In this document: positions 12,582-27,500 of the stretch, piece by piece
How the letters are laid out: each line of letters opens with the position of its first letter
Numbering within the stretch: position 1 is the stretch's first letter
Assembly: GCA_965603825.1 (NCBI GenBank)
Contig: CBFDEM010000035.1
Span: 496,001 to 560,000, forward strand
Direction: 5' to 3'
Source: Blepharisma stoltei ATCC 30299
Lineage: Eukaryota; Protista; Ciliophora
DNA: 64,000 nt
The notes under the pieces: model-generated
Database searches by the model: none
What the model saw: only the letters and a program-made list of their open reading frames with translations
What the model was told of the DNA's origin: nothing
Position numbers and translations under genes: made by a program

Positions 12582-12917
12582 ATGATAAATAGAATTTCTA
12601 AAGCTCTTCTTTCCAGAGGCTTTACAATTACTTCATGTGATAAAAATATGGAAGGCTTAACAAAGCTCGAAGAAAGAGTCAGCAAGCTTGAGTTTGTCCT
12701 AAAAGACGGGGCAAACGACATTGTCAGACAAGTGCAGGCAGAAATTCTTCAAGATTTGTATAAAATTAGAGCTGCATTAGATGAAGACCTCAAAGATATG
12801 AAAACTTCAGAGAAAAGCAAAGAAAACAAAGAGCTCCTGGAAGAAATCCGCAATTTGAAAGATGAAAACGAAAGACTTAAGTATAGAATCCTTCATCTCA
12901 AGCGTAATTTAGATTAA
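12582..12917 (+). CDS. Small coiled-coil protein, 111 aa (may start at an internal Met)
   Basis: Heptad-rich, ends LKDENERLKYRILHLKRNL. Confidence 0.7.
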   Translation: MINRISKALLSRGFTITSCDKNMEGLTKLEERVSKLEFVLKDGANDIVRQVQAEILQDLYKIRAALDEDLKDMKTSEKSKENKELLEEIRNLKDENERLKYRILHLKRNLD

Positions 12918-13454
12918 ATCTATTTCATTAAGCCTTTATGAATTTTTGAAGTCTTAAGAATGGCTTTATTAGGATAATGCATGCCAAACTATAAATAAAT
13001 TGCTTTTATAGCTTGACTATATATTTAAAAGCTACTAAAAGTTTTAAATAGATAAATAAATAAGTTTCTTTTAATAAATTGTGTGAATAATTCTGTTATT
13101 TTATTAAAATTCATTAAACAATATCAAATATATTATCAAATTAATACTAAGCCTTCCTACTTAAATGGCAAGAGAATTTAATCTCTCAATTTTAAGAGAA
13201 GCTTCTTATTATAAGAAATTTCCAGGCCTATAATCTTAACCATAAACAATAACATTCAGATTCTCACAGATCTCAAAAATATATAGAGATGAAAGTTTTA
13301 GTTTTATTAGAATTCACAGTTTAAGCCTATATTGTCTCAGTTTAGCTTCTTTTATGTATATTTCCTCTTTTTATCTTAGTTTATCATTTTATAACGTTTG
13401 CGTTGAATAAAATTCCCCAAAAGAACCATTACAAATTGATTTTAAAAGGAAATC

Positions 13455-16400
13455 ATGAATCTGATTCAATTACTCTTAATCTTTTTTACCATACCAGTTT
13501 TTTCACTATGCAGTTTTGAATGCAATTCTACATGAGTATTTCTTATCTAGATCAACAACGGCTGATGTGATGAAGCCTGTATGTCTGTAGGCTGCAATTT
13601 TGACGGAGGAGATTGTGCCAGCACCTGCTCTACTACTTACAACTGTACTTTACCTAGTAATAATGTATGTGATCCTGCTTGTGACAATGTTTATTGTGGC
13701 TATGATCATGGAGATTGTGGGTATTGCTCTGATGGGTGCACCTTAACAATGCTTGAAGATTCCGTCTGCCACGAGGAGTGTAATAATGCCTATTGCAATT
13801 TCAACAATTATAAATGCGTAAGAGATATTTAGGACTGCAATGAGGGGTGCAAAGGGAGCTATATTGGTGATGGGACATGTCAATGGGAATGCATGACTTA
13901 TGATTGCAGCTATGATAATGGAGATTGTGACAAACTCCAGTGTAATACTGACTGCACTTTGGCTTTATTGAAAAATAATGAATGTGATGAGGTCTGCAAC
14001 ACAGAAACGTGTAATTATGATAATTATCAATGTTTATGTAATACAGACTGCTATCCTTCTATGCTCACAAATGGAGTTTGCGATAAAGAATGTGCTGTAG
14101 CAGACTGTGATTATGATAATCATGATTGTGGAGACTGTGCGCTTGACTGCTTTAAAAGCGCGATAAGCAATGGTACCTGCGACAGTGTCTGCAACAATGC
14201 AGATTGCAATTACGACGGAACGGACTGTTTAACCTGTGCAAACAACTGTTTAGTTACAGATCTAGGCAAATGCAATTCTGATTGCATGGTATACAGTTGC
14301 GGCTTTGACCCTAATTGCCATAATTCTTCTATTATTTTTTCTGCCTATTATCAACAAATAGTCAATGAAGATTGAAACTACCAATTAGCATACCCGACTC
14401 AATGTCCTTATCATGATTGTTCTTTAAAATACACAGACAGTCTTAATTTTTTGCAACCGATAAAGCCTTCAAACTGCACACAAACCTGCAACTTTTTAGA
14501 TTGCTATTATAATTATTTCCAGTGCTACAGCGAGAATTGCACCGATCCTAATTGCAAACTTTGTTCAAATTTAGACCCGGACTTATGTGTAAGATGCAAC
14601 AATTATCAATGATTTGGTAGCTGCTTGACTTCTTGTCCAAAGCATTATGAATCTTATACTCATCCTCAGACAAATGTTCAGATTTGTGTGGAGTCAGCTG
14701 ATACAACGACTGAAGAAAGCCCTGAAGAAATTTTTGTGAGTGCTACTAATTTGGTGTCAGGGGATGGGAGTATAAATAGTCCTTATATTTCTTTATCATA
14801 TGCATTGTCAACAGTTACATATAAATATGCGACAGTTTATTTAATGTCAGGAAGCCATAACCTTACTACTTTTGATGATTCAACCTCATTAGAAGCGAAG
14901 TCTTCAAAACCACTGTATAGAGACACTACAGATACCATCCAGCTTTTAATAAAACCTCTTTATTGCTCTATTTATTCAGTATCTAACTGTGTAGATGATG
15001 GACAAAGTATCACTGTGTATGTAGATGCTATTCCTTTATCTTTGGACATTTCAACAAATGTGACGATAGAAAATATCATTTTTGATGGAAGTATCACATT
15101 TGCACCTCATTGTGCCGACTGCAACTATTGTAAATCTGCTACAAATAATGATGGCCAGTTATTAGATGACAGAGGGAAACCATTACTTACAGGCAACTAC
15201 GCTCCTCAGGATATCTGCAATACTTTTAGCAACCTTGGATTTTTTAATATAACTTCAGCTGGAATTTTGAATTTGAAGGTAAATTTTATGTAGAATGTGA
15301 AAATCCAAAATTTCCGCCAGCAATATAGCTCAATTATATCAGTTAACGGAGGGATACTGAATATGGAATCTGTAAATTTTTATAATTTTATGAGCGCTTT
15401 TCAAGGCTCTGCCATTTCTTCTACATGCTCGTCTGGATACTGTGGAGAGATTCATTACTTAGGTGGGACAGTATCAGCAATGAATAATGGCTACGAAATC
15501 ACCAAACAAATTACTTTGGCGCCTTTTCTATCAGCTACTAAAACAAATTATGTTGAAATCCAAGACATAATAGCTGAGAAAAACATAGTCCAAAGAACGA
15601 CAAATCAAGTTCTTTTCCAAACTTTTGGATATTTCTACAATGTTTTAAATATAACTATTCTGAACTCGGAATTTCGGTTCAATTATAACTATGACGGCTT
15701 GTTTTATATCAATCAAAATAGCTTAGTTATGCCTACTACCCTTGACAGCGACTACTCTCTTATATATCAAAATCTGCAAAACATAAGGGTCGAAAACTGT
15801 ACATTTTATAACAACAGTGCCCAAACTTATGCAGGATTTATTATTAAATTTAACAAGGAGCTTCAGAATATTTATTTCAATAACAACACATTTTACAATA
15901 ACATAGGCTCAGAAATCATTTATATAGATTATGAAGGAAGCTATTATTCGATATTTGTGTCTGGAGAAAGCAGGGTAACTACAATAGATGGTAAAAATAT
16001 TAAGATTCACTACCCTAAGAGAACGATCACTTTTTATAACCTTAATTTTACCAATAATTTTTTGTCTGAGACTGCTATTGAAATCAGCAATGTTCCTAAT
16101 GTGAACTTTTTATACTCATATTGAATAAGTAATGGAGAAAGTGACTACGACGATATAAATACTGTAAATATTGATTATCTAATAGACTCATCCGACCTTT
16201 ATATCAGCCTTGAGCTCTCTTCCTTAGACTATACCTGCTCATCAATTTTATCAATTTCAGACACAAATAATTTCATTTTTGACTTCAATACCGTCGAAGG
16301 CAACTTTTGCAGTGATACAAACGCAGGATTGTACTTACAAGACTGCATTGGAAGCACTTATATCCAGAACTCCACTTTTACAAAAAATAAATCTCAAGGG

Positions 16401-19400
16401 AACAGCATAGCTTTATTTGCAGATATGTCAACTACTCCAGTTATTTATAATTTAACTTTTACACAAAATTATTTTAGCAGACAATCTGGCAATGGCGTCG
16501 TTGTTTTGAACACAAAAGATGCAGAATTCACCCTAACTAAATGCAAATTTATAAGCAGCCAAACTCCAGTGTATGCGGATTCATTAAAAAGCTTAACAAT
16601 TGATAACTGTACATTTGAGTCTGGGGCAAAAGACCAGTTTTATAGCGCTGTTGCCTTTAGGGCTGACGATTCTTCGAGTCTGACGATAATAGACTCATTT
16701 ATCCAAAATAACTCTCCTACATCAGGGCACATCAAGATTTATTCTGCAGTTGTTTATTCATCAGTTCTGCTCAGCATCTCAAACTGTTTATTTTATAACA
16801 ACTCTTTGGGTAGCTACCTTATTACAATAGACAACTCGATTGCAATGGACTCAGACAGTGTGATTACTTCTTCTAACTTTTCTAGTAATGCAATAACTTT
16901 GATTAATGCTCAGATGAGGTCAGGAAGTTTTACAGTCTCTTCATCAACCTTCAGCTCAAATTCTGCCCCATATGGAACTATCTTAAACTCTGGCTGTGTA
17001 TCACCAACCATGGTTATTTTTGATAGCAACACTATTAGCTCAAATACAGGGGACAGCATCTTCTACATAAGTTCTGACTCTGGCACCTCTTTATTCTACA
17101 CAATTGACAGCTATGTTTACAATAACTCCAACAACACCATTTCTCTCCACCAAGGCAACTGAACAGACTCTGGCTCAACATTTTACAAAAATTCTGGATA
17201 CCAAGGAGGGGCAGCTTTAATCGAATCTACCAGCAACGCTATTCTAACCAACACAATCTTCAAAAGTAATTCAGCGTCAGAAGGAGGAGCTATTTATTTA
17301 TCTGGATCTTCTACCTTAGTTTGTGATAACTGCACATTTAGTGATAATTTTTCATCTGACGAAGCAGGTGCATTATACTCTGAACAAGCTTCAAAATTCA
17401 CATTTAACAACTCAGTTATAACCAAAAACAGCTGCACAAGCCGAGGCTCAGCTATAGCATCTCTTAACTCTTTTAAAGTCACTTCAATTATCCAGAATAC
17501 AGAAGTTTCTTTTAATTATGCTGGAGTTGGAGCAGCTATTACTGGATTTATGGTCCAGATAATGTATAAAAACTGTTCTATATATAATAACACCTCAGTC
17601 GCTAATACCCCTTCGATTTTGATGATATACTCAAACGCTTATATCTATGACTCAAAATTTTATAACCATATTGGGTATTATGGAGCTCATATTTATGCGG
17701 ATATTATGTGCATTTTGATGGTTTATGACACTTCATTTGAAAATTCAGTTTCAGAATCTACGGGTGGGAGCGTTTCTATCAGTGGCAGTCTTTTTTACTG
17801 TGAAAGGTGCTACTTTAATAATACATCCGCACAGAGTGGAGGAACTACCCAGTGCTTTTCCGGCAGCGTATGCACTTTTAACTACTCCACAGTTGAAAAC
17901 AGTGCTGCAACTTCAAGTGGAGGAGTGTTTTTCTTATTTGAAAGTAGCCTCTATTTATACAACTCTATCTTTAATGGATTTGTCGGCTCCTGTGTTGAAA
18001 CAAGTAAAACACCAACAATTGTGGTCTCCAACTCCACATTTAAAAATGGTATCAACACATATGGGGCTGCAATAGACTGCGTTAACTGTGTTTCAGTAAA
18101 TATTACAAGCTCAACTTTTACGGATTTAAAATCTACAGACGGTGGCGCTCTTTATTTTGATTATCAATCATATACAGATGCAGATAATAAAGTCACAATA
18201 ACAGACTCAGTATTCAATAACTGCACAGCAGAGTATGGCGGTGCTATCTACTCAAATAAATTTGATTTAGATATATCAGGCTGCACTTTTGAAAACAATT
18301 ATGCAGGTGATTCTGCCACTGCTTGCACAGCTGGAGAAGGAGGAGCTGTTTATTTAAAATCAGAAGACTCTATAAATATCACGATTAGCAGCTCAACGTT
18401 TACCAATAATTCAGCCTGCATAAGCGGAGGTGGGATACAATGGTACGACTATCAACCAGTTCTAAGCGATTTAGTATATAAAAACAACTCAGCTTATTAT
18501 GGAAATAATTTGGCATCTTTTCCTTATAGCTTAGATGTAATAGATTCTAGAAGAAGGCTAGAAGTCAGTGTAGACTCAGCTCCAGGCCAAACTATTTCTT
18601 CTCCAATTATTATAGGAATAATGGACCATTACAATCAGACTGTGCTGACAGAGAGCTCGAGCTATTGCCAATTAGAAGTGGTAAACAGCACCAGCTACTC
18701 ATTGTCTGGGAAAACCAAAGTTCAGGCAGCTTCTGGACTTTATAACTTCAGCGACGTTATAGTCACTGGTGATCCTGGAAGCAATGTAGAGATTACTGTA
18801 TCTTCTACAATAGTTTCTAATAGCAATTTACCAAGCGGAAATATTGTGTTTGACTTAAGAAATTGCACTGTTGGAGAAGCTTTAGTAGCGAAAACCTGCC
18901 AAGTTTGTACTAGTGGGACTTATAATTTGGAAGCTGGGACTTCTTGCAAGGATTGCCCTGCTGAAGCAAAATGCTATGGAAAAAGTGATATTTATCCACT
19001 GGCTGGATATTGGAGGTGGTCAAATACAACTGATGATTTTTTGGAGTGCCCAAATTCAGCTGCTTGCTTAGGAGGAGTCGCAACGAACAATTCTTTAGGA
19101 GAGTGTGAAACAGGATATTATGGAAATTTATGCCAATCCTGCCAATCTGATTATTCTCGGAATGGCCAAGACTCATGCTCAAAATGCCCGAACCCTACTA
19201 TAAATGCTCTGATTTTGGCTGCAATGCTTATTTTAGCAATTTTAATCGTGTTTTTAATGGTCCGAGCTTCTATTAAATCTGCATTTAAGCCCAAATCAAT
19301 GACTTCAGTATTTATCAAGATCTTCATGAATTATTTACAAATTGTCGTTCTTACTGCATCTTTTAACTTAGACTGACCATTTTTGGTTTTACAGTTCTTT

Positions 19401-20687
19401 TCAGTCCAAGAGCAAGCTGGTGGGGTCACAGACCAAATTTTTTCAATTGACTGCTATTTACAAGGGGAAAATACAAAACCATTTTATTCAAAATTGGTTT
19501 TCATGGCTCTTCTACCAGCAGGACTCTTTGTTATAACACTGATATTTTGGCTGGGATACTATATCTGTGTTATTGATACTAAATATATAAAGAATAAGTT
19601 TTTAGGCTCATTGGTGGTTCAGCTGTTTTTAATCCACCCAACACTTGTGAAATACAATTTTTCGTGCTATAACTGCTATGAAGTTTCGCCAGGGAATTAT
19701 TACTTGAGAAGTGATTTGGATTTGAAGTGCTGGGACTCTGAGCATTGGTCTTACTCGCTTTTTGTCGCTTTTCCAAGCATAATGGTATGGTGTATCACCG
19801 TTCCTGCTTTGTGCTTGCTTCATATATACCTTAATAGAGACAAACTTTTGACATTAGAATTAAAATTACAATATGGGTTTTTATATTTAGGGTACAAAAA
19901 AGAAACTTATTATTGGGAATTCACCATTATTTATAGAAAAATTCTTATTATTTGCTGTGCCGTTTTTATGGGAAATTCTTCAACTTCAGTACAAGCATTG
20001 ACTGTCTTTTTCTTGCTGCTGACTTGTTTCTTTGTGCAAGCAAAAATACAGCCATACTTGACAGACCAATTAAATATTTTGGATTTAAGGGCTATTTTAG
20101 TTTCAGGACTTACAATTTATTGTGGGTTGTTTTACCTAACAGGCGACATTGTTTATGCTGTAAAAATTGTGCTATTTATTATCATTGTTGTTGTCAATTT
20201 TTATTTCCTCTTCTATTGGGCTTCAAATATGACTGGAGTTGGCCTGGCAATTTTATATTCAAAACTAGGATTTATAAGAAGATGCCTTCATGGAACAAAA
20301 TTAGAAAACTGGCTTCTTCAGCTGGTCCCTGCTAAAATCCCAGATACTTCTGAAACTGAGCTTGATAAAACTTTTACAGAGACAGCTTATACAAAAGATA
20401 ATTTAGATTCTCCTCATAAGGTTCCTACTCAGCCATGTATTGATCCTAAGCCATCCTCAAGGAAGTTGAAAAGATATAATTCAAGAAGCAAAGTTTCTGA
20501 TTCAGGCACATTTTTCAGTGAAGAACAGCATAAGGAAAAGAATGACATTGAAGTTGTTAGGTATGATGAAGATTCAGTAAAGAGCTTAACGAATTCGAAT
20601 GAGAATGCTGAAGAGATATCGATATTTGAAAGGGTCCCTCTTCCGAGCTTGAGAGATAATGAAGGCTTTGAAAATGATCACAATTAA
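13455..20687 (+). CDS. Giant surface receptor copy A (~2395 aa): signal peptide, ~8 LNR (Lin12/Notch) repeats, Cys-rich region, GGAI-type beta-helix, RRL site, Cys-rich region, multipass TM domain; introns 13536-13550, 13818-13832, 15279-15293
   Basis: One frame after TGA=Trp and three 15-nt introns. LNR pattern NGxCDxxCxxxxCxxDGGDC, GGAIY/F.NN.A repeats, KIFMNYLQ..W-P and GFLYLGYK..YYWE..RK TM motifs. Collinear with copies B and C. Confidence 0.88.
13536..13550 (+). other. 15-nt intron
   Basis: GTATTTCTTATCTAG, position shared with B and C. Confidence 0.9.
13818..13832 (+). other. 15-nt intron
   Basis: GTAAGAGATATTTAG, in-frame TAG, position shared with B and C. Confidence 0.9.
15279..15293 (+). 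other. 15-nt intron
   Basis: GTAAATTTTATGTAG, position shared with B and C. Confidence 0.9.
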
Positions 20688-20902
20688 AGATTTTATAAAA
20701 AAATAAGATAATAAGAAAATATGTTTAAAGAGGCAGAGCTTAGAGAGCTCTAGTAAAGTTTTCAGGTACTTCTAATAAGCTTTTTGCATGGAGAATATTG
20801 ATATTTTATAGAGCTTAGTAGCTTAAAAATAAAAATTTTCTTGATTCATAATTTTACCAAGCCTAGATAAAAACAGATATCCAGCTATACATCCCTTATC
20901 AC

Positions 20903-21076
20903 TAGTAAAATCACTCAAAGTCCTGAAGTGTTAATATTTAAAATTAAATCAAATAGTATCGAATGCTAGCACAATTATGAAAGAGCTGCCATTTCAATAT
21001 TAAAAGAACAATAATAATTCCATTTATGAAAAAGTTCTATACCCTGCCTTAAAGGAAGTAGAAAAATGAAGCAGAG
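20903..21076 (+). pseudogene. Degenerate relic of the 3' tail of a B/C-type receptor gene
   Basis: TAGTAAAATCACTCAAAGTCCTGAAGT...TTTATGAAAAAGTTCTATACCCTGCCTTAAAGGAAGTAG aligns by eye with ~36952-37125 but has stops and indels. Confidence 0.7.
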
Positions 21077-21574
21077 TATATTTTATGTTTTATATATAAT
21101 TTAAGTGAATTAAGTGATGGTTATAGGACTATGATATTGATTTGCAAAATCTATTAAGGCAATATTTTTTTACTATTTGACAAATACCATTTTATTATAA
21201 TAAATCAATTTTTCTAGTCCCCTGATCATACAAGAAGAGATTTGACCTCATTAACTGATATTAAAGATCTATTCATAGTAAAAGAATATTTTCATTTTTT
21301 AAGTCAATAAAAGATTAGTTATAAAAATTCTCAAAATTCCCAAAGTTTAAAGAAATATACTAATTTTTAAAATATGCCAATGAGGCAGCAATAATTTTTT
21401 TAAATATCGATTCTCACTATCAAAATTAAAAATGGGATTTTGTCTATCAAACCTAAATAAAAAACGATCGAAAAGCTTTTAACCTACATGATTGTTTTAT
21501 TGATTATGCATTTATAATCTTAGTTATGCATATAAAGCTTTCTGAAAATTCACAATTTAATAAATCTCCTAAAT

Positions 21575-24500
21575 ATGAGAGTAACTAATCGCATCGAGCT
21601 GAAAATTCTCCTAATTGTCGAAATCTTCTTAATTCCAAGTACCTTTGCTTTATGTTCTATAGATTGCCCATCATATTGAGTATTTCCTAAATTAGATCGG
21701 AGATGGATTATGCCAGAAGAGTTGTATGAATCAAGGCTGCAATTTTGATGGAGGCGACTGTGAATATTGATGCACTTATGGTTTGGGTTGCAGCCTAAAG
21801 AGTAATGGTGTTTGTGATCCTTCGTGTGATTTGGCTTATTGTGGGTATGACCATGGAGATTGTGGATATTGTTCTGATGGTTGTACTTTAGAATTTCTTG
21901 AAGACAAAACATGCCATCAAGAGTGCAGCAATTCTTTATGCAATTTTAACAATTATGCCTGTGTAAATTTTATATAGGAATGCAATCCAGGGTGTCAAAA
22001 TTCAATGATGGGAAATGGAGTATGCGATTGGGCCTGCATGAACTATTATTGCCAATATGATGGTGGGGACTGCTGAAATTCCTCCTGTAGCCCTGGATGC
22101 ACTGGATATTTATTGACAAATTATATATGTGATTCTGCCTGCAATACACCTAGTTGTTATTACGATAATAGTGACTGTTTGTGTGCTGCTGGATGCTATC
22201 CAGATTTATTAGAAAATAACTCTTGTGACCTTGTTTGCTCAACAAAAAAATGTAATTTTGACAATTATCTATGTGGAGATTGCGCAACTGGCTGTTTTGA
22301 TTATATGATAAATGATGGGATTTGTAATGATGAGTGCTATAATGAAGGCTGTGGATATGATGGAAATGACTGTCCATCTTGTGCTCCTGGCTGCTTTAAT
22401 TCTGATCTTGGATCATGCAAGCCTGAGTGCATGGTTTTAGACTGCAGCTTTGATATGGATTGCTTAGATAGAGATATGCGTTTATCATCATATTCCTCTC
22501 AAATTGCTATGCGAGATTGAAACTATCCTGTAAATACTCCAAATTCTTGCTATGCAAATCATGGCTGCAGCTTAAATTATAATAATTTTGCAAAAAATTG
22601 TTCACTATCATGCGATTATGCAGACTGCTTTTATGATTATTTTCTATGCTGATCAAGTACTTGTGATGATCCAAATTGTATGTACTGTGACTATTCAAAT
22701 CGAGAAATTTGCTATCAATGCTATAATATGCAATTTTATACTGATTGCGTTGATAGCTGTCCAAGATATTATTATACAAGAGCTTTTGACTGATATGGAG
22801 TTATTTGTGCGCCAGCTCCAGATGAATCTACAGAAGAGGTTCCAGATGAAAGCTTTGTAAGTGCTGATAATGCAGATCAAGGAGATGGCTCAATAAATTT
22901 TCCATATAATTCGTTATCTTATGGGCTTGCACAATTAAAATGAAAATATTCAGTGATTTATTTAATGAAAGGCACTCATAATTTAACATTAGTTATAGAT
23001 GATGAGTACCTATGGGAAGCAACAACTTCAAGGCCGCTATACAGAATATCTACTAAATTAGCTGAAGTTACTGCTAAGCCTTTATACTGTTCAATATATA
23101 ATCATCCAGATTGCGTTAATGATGGGGAGAGTATAACTATTTTGGTTGATACTCGCCCAATGACAATTGATATACTAGCAAATGTTACTTTTGAAAATAT
23201 TATTTTTGATGGAAGCACAAAGTTCAGTCCTTTTTGCACTGACTGCGACTATTGTAAAATCGCAACAAGCAGTAATGGTGTAGTTGCTGATGACCATGGA
23301 AATACTCTGAGTTCAAGTTCTTATGTCCCTCAATCAATTTGCGATCAATTCCATAATACAAATTTCTTTGAAATTAGTTCGAATGGAATTTTAAATTTGC
23401 ATGTAATTTTTACTTAGAATGCGGAAATTAATAATTTCAGGCAGCAGTACAAATCAATTATTACTATTAAAGGTGGGATTTTGGATATGAACTCTGTTAC
23501 TTTTTACAATATAATGAGCAAGCCTGGCAGCGGAGTTATTTTATCTAATGCTTGCAGCAATAGCTATTGTGGAGAAATCCACTTTATTAATAGCTCAGTA
23601 TCTTTACTTAATAATGGCTATGAAGTTAATGGCGCGATTGATTTGGCTGGCTTTATGGTCCTAAATCAAATAAAGTATGTTGAAATGGAAGATGTCGAAA
23701 TCGAATATAATTTAGTGAACAGCATTGATGTAGAATCTTCAACAAAAGCTATGTTCACTTTCAATGATATTTTGAATTTAACGGTTTTAAATTCAGTTTT
23801 TCAATACAACTTTAATTATGATGCTTTTTTCTTTATCAACCAATATAAACTGAGCATGCCTCTTGAAATTGATGATGAGAAAAAACTGATATATGAAAAT
23901 TTAATTAATATTCGCATTGAAAATACCCTTTTCCAAAACAACAGCGCTATTACAACAACAACTTTTATAATCCAGTTTAATAGAGGTCTTCAAAATATCT
24001 TGATAAATAACTGCACTTTTCTTAATAATTTTTCAGAAGATTCTGGAATCATTGACATTTCATACAAGGGTAAGATATCTCAAGAGTACATTAGTGGAGA
24101 TTCAAGAGTCACTACATTGGATTCAGGTCAAAAAATAATAGCTAATTTTCCTGCTCGAAACATAACACTTAAGAACTTGAATTTCACAAAAAATACATTT
24201 GGAGGATCAGGTATCTCTTTATCGAACTTGCCCGATCTTTATATTTTAAACTCAACTTGAAATGGAAACGGAGACAATTTAAACGAAGACGCCAACACTG
24301 TGACTATTGACTATATGAAAAGCTTAGGCTATCTCTATATAAACTCATCAGTAGTGTCGACTTTACCAAGTTGCAAATCAGTCATTTCAACAACAAGCAT
24401 AAATAATTTTATTTTTCACTGCAACACGATCTCTCAAAATTACTGTACTCAAAATAATGCAGGACTAGCTTTAACAAACTGTTTAAATCAAACTATTCTA

Positions 24501-27500
24501 CGAAATTCTGTATTTTCTGAGAATAAGTCAAGTGGAAATAGCATTGCTTTGGCTGCAACTATGTCCTCAGCACTGGTTTTGAAGAACTTGACATTTAAAA
24601 ATAACTATTTTTATAACGGTGTTCGGAGCTCAGTCGTAACATTGAGCTCTTCTACATCTACAAGTAATTTTACACTCATTAACTGTAATTTCATTGGTGG
24701 AGAAACGCCTATTTCAGCTAGTTCAGTCCAAAATATAACATTGGAAAATACAACTATAGAATCATTATCAAACTCATTTTATAGCACATTGATTTTTTCA
24801 GGTAGAGATAGTATAAAATCAAGGATTTCAATGAAAAATTGCACAATAAAAAATAATAATCCTAAGCTAGGGCATATCTCTATTTCATCATTATCAACTC
24901 AATCATATATTTTGTTAAGAATGAGTAATATGACTTTTTCAAATAATGGGGGAAGTCAAAGTATTATTTTCGTTGATAAATCAGTTATCCTGGACCCTTC
25001 TAGTCAAATTCTATATTCAAATTTTAACAATAACAACGTCACTTCTATCTATGCTAGACACCTATCTGGGATTCTTTCAGTAATCTCATGCGTTTTTGAT
25101 TCAAATTCTGCCGGTTATGCCGTAGTTTTGAATTTAGATCATGCAGCCCCTGCTGAAACACATTTATCTGATTGCTCAATAACCTCCAATAGGGGTAGTA
25201 ATATTTTGTATATTAACGGAAACTCTGCTATCACTAAAATAGCTACCTCGAATCTATATTTTTTTAATAACACTGGTAATGCAGTTTTTATTGCTAAAGG
25301 AAACTGAGTTGATCAAAATTCAAATTTTTATCAAAATTCAGCTTCACAAGGAGGATCAGCAATAATTAAAGATGAATCGGGAGCAAGTTTAGAAGGCACG
25401 ATTTTTAAGAATAATTCTGCAACTTCTGATGGAGGAGCTATTTATGTTTCAGGGGCCTCAAATATAACATGCAATAACTGCAAAATTGTTAAAAACACTT
25501 CGAAACATAATGGCGGAGGACTTGCAGTCGACCAAAGCTCTATTTTTATTTTTAACAATTCAGTTTTTTCTGAGAACAAATGTGATATGAGAGGTTCAGC
25601 CATTTCTATTCTTGGCTCAGAATCTTCATACTCCTATCTTATAAATACAGAAATATTATACAATATCGCAGGATCTATGGCTGCTATTTCATCAGACAGC
25701 GGATTGTTTTCTCTTCAAAGCTGCTCGCTATTTAATAACACAGGCTCTACAAATTCTGGAATTTTTATGATTTATTCTACATGCAACATTTCTGACTCAT
25801 CATTTTCGAACCATACAGGAACTAGTGGAAGTGATCTCTATATAAATATCGATTCAAGCATATTTGTATATAACACAAATTTTAAAAATTCTATTTCGAC
25901 TAGCTCAGGAGGAAGCATCTCAGTAGCAGATAGTTCATTATCCTGTGAAAAATGCAATTTCTTAAATACAAAAGCTCCTACAGGAGCAGTACTCCAATGC
26001 ATTTCAGGAAGCAGATGCAAACTGATTAGTTCTTCTATTTTCAGTAGCTCTGCATCCAGTACAGGAGGAGTAGTTTATATATATGACAGCACTCTGAGTG
26101 CCAATAAAACAACTTTTAAAGAATATATCAGTTCTGCAATTGAAGCAAGCAAATCCAAGTCTATTGAAATAATTAATTCAGCATTTCAGAATGGAATGAA
26201 TGATGATGGTGCAGCTATAGATTGTGAAGATTGCATGAATGTTACAATAATTGGAAGCAAGTTTACAAATTTAGTATCATTTAATGGTGGAGCTATTAAA
26301 TTCAATCATGCTACGCTGACTGTGTCAAATCTTATAGCAAATATCGAAAGCTCTATTTTTGAAAATTGTGCATCTCAATATGGAGGGTCTATTTATTCAA
26401 ATAATATCAACATAGGAATAAAAAACAGTAAATTCTTAAACAATTCAGCTACTAATTTAGATTCAAACAGTTCATGCACAACAGGACAGGGCGGAGCTTT
26501 ATATTTGGCATCTACAGTTCAAGTCAGCATTTCTATTAAGGACTCAGTTTTTTCTGATAATAATGCATGCCTAAGTGGCGGTGCTGTACAATGATATAAT
26601 TCTCAGCCAGTTATTTCCAATTTATCATTTTCAAATAACTCAGCTTTATATGGAGATGATTTAGCCTCATTTCCTCTTGGCTTAAAAGTTTTAAGTTATA
26701 AAAGAAGACTTGAAGTACAAGTGCCATCTGCTCCAGGACAATATTTATCAAGCCCATTAATTGTTGGAATAATAGATCACTATAATCAAACAGTTCTAAC
26801 AGAGAATACAAGCACCTGCCAACTGGAAGTAGCAGATAGCTCGAACTATTCATTATCAGGAAAAACTAAAGTTCAAGCATCTTCAGGAGTTTATAACTTT
26901 AGCGAAGTTATAGTAACTGGAGATCCTGGAAGCAAAGTGGGGTTTACTCTTTCTTCATCGATTATTTCAAGCAGTTTACCATCAGATTCACTTGAGTTTG
27001 AACTTCGAGAATGTGAGGTAGGCGAAGCTTTAATCGCTAAGACATGCCAAATTTGTGAATCTGGAACTTATAATCTCAATGCGGGTAGATCTTGTAAAGA
27101 TTGCCCAACCTCTGCTAAGTGCTATGGGAAAAATAATATTTATCCCAAAGCAGGCTATTGAAGAGTAAGCAACTTGACCGACAATTTTTTGAAATGCCCA
27201 AACTCCAATGCATGCTTAGGAGGAATTGAGTCTAAAAATTCTGTAGGAGCTTGCAAAAAAGGCTATCAAGGAAATTTATGCCAGTCTTGTGAAGAAGGTT
27301 ATTCAAGAAATGGCGATGATAAATGCTCGAAATGTCCTAATCCAGCCACAAATGCTTTAATATTAGTAGGGATGATTACCCTGGCTTTGTTTATTGTACT
27401 TATTATGACGAGGTCATCTATTAAATCAGCATATAAACCGAAGTCTCTTACATCAGTTTATATCAAAATTTTTATGAATTATTTACAACTTGTAGTTGTT

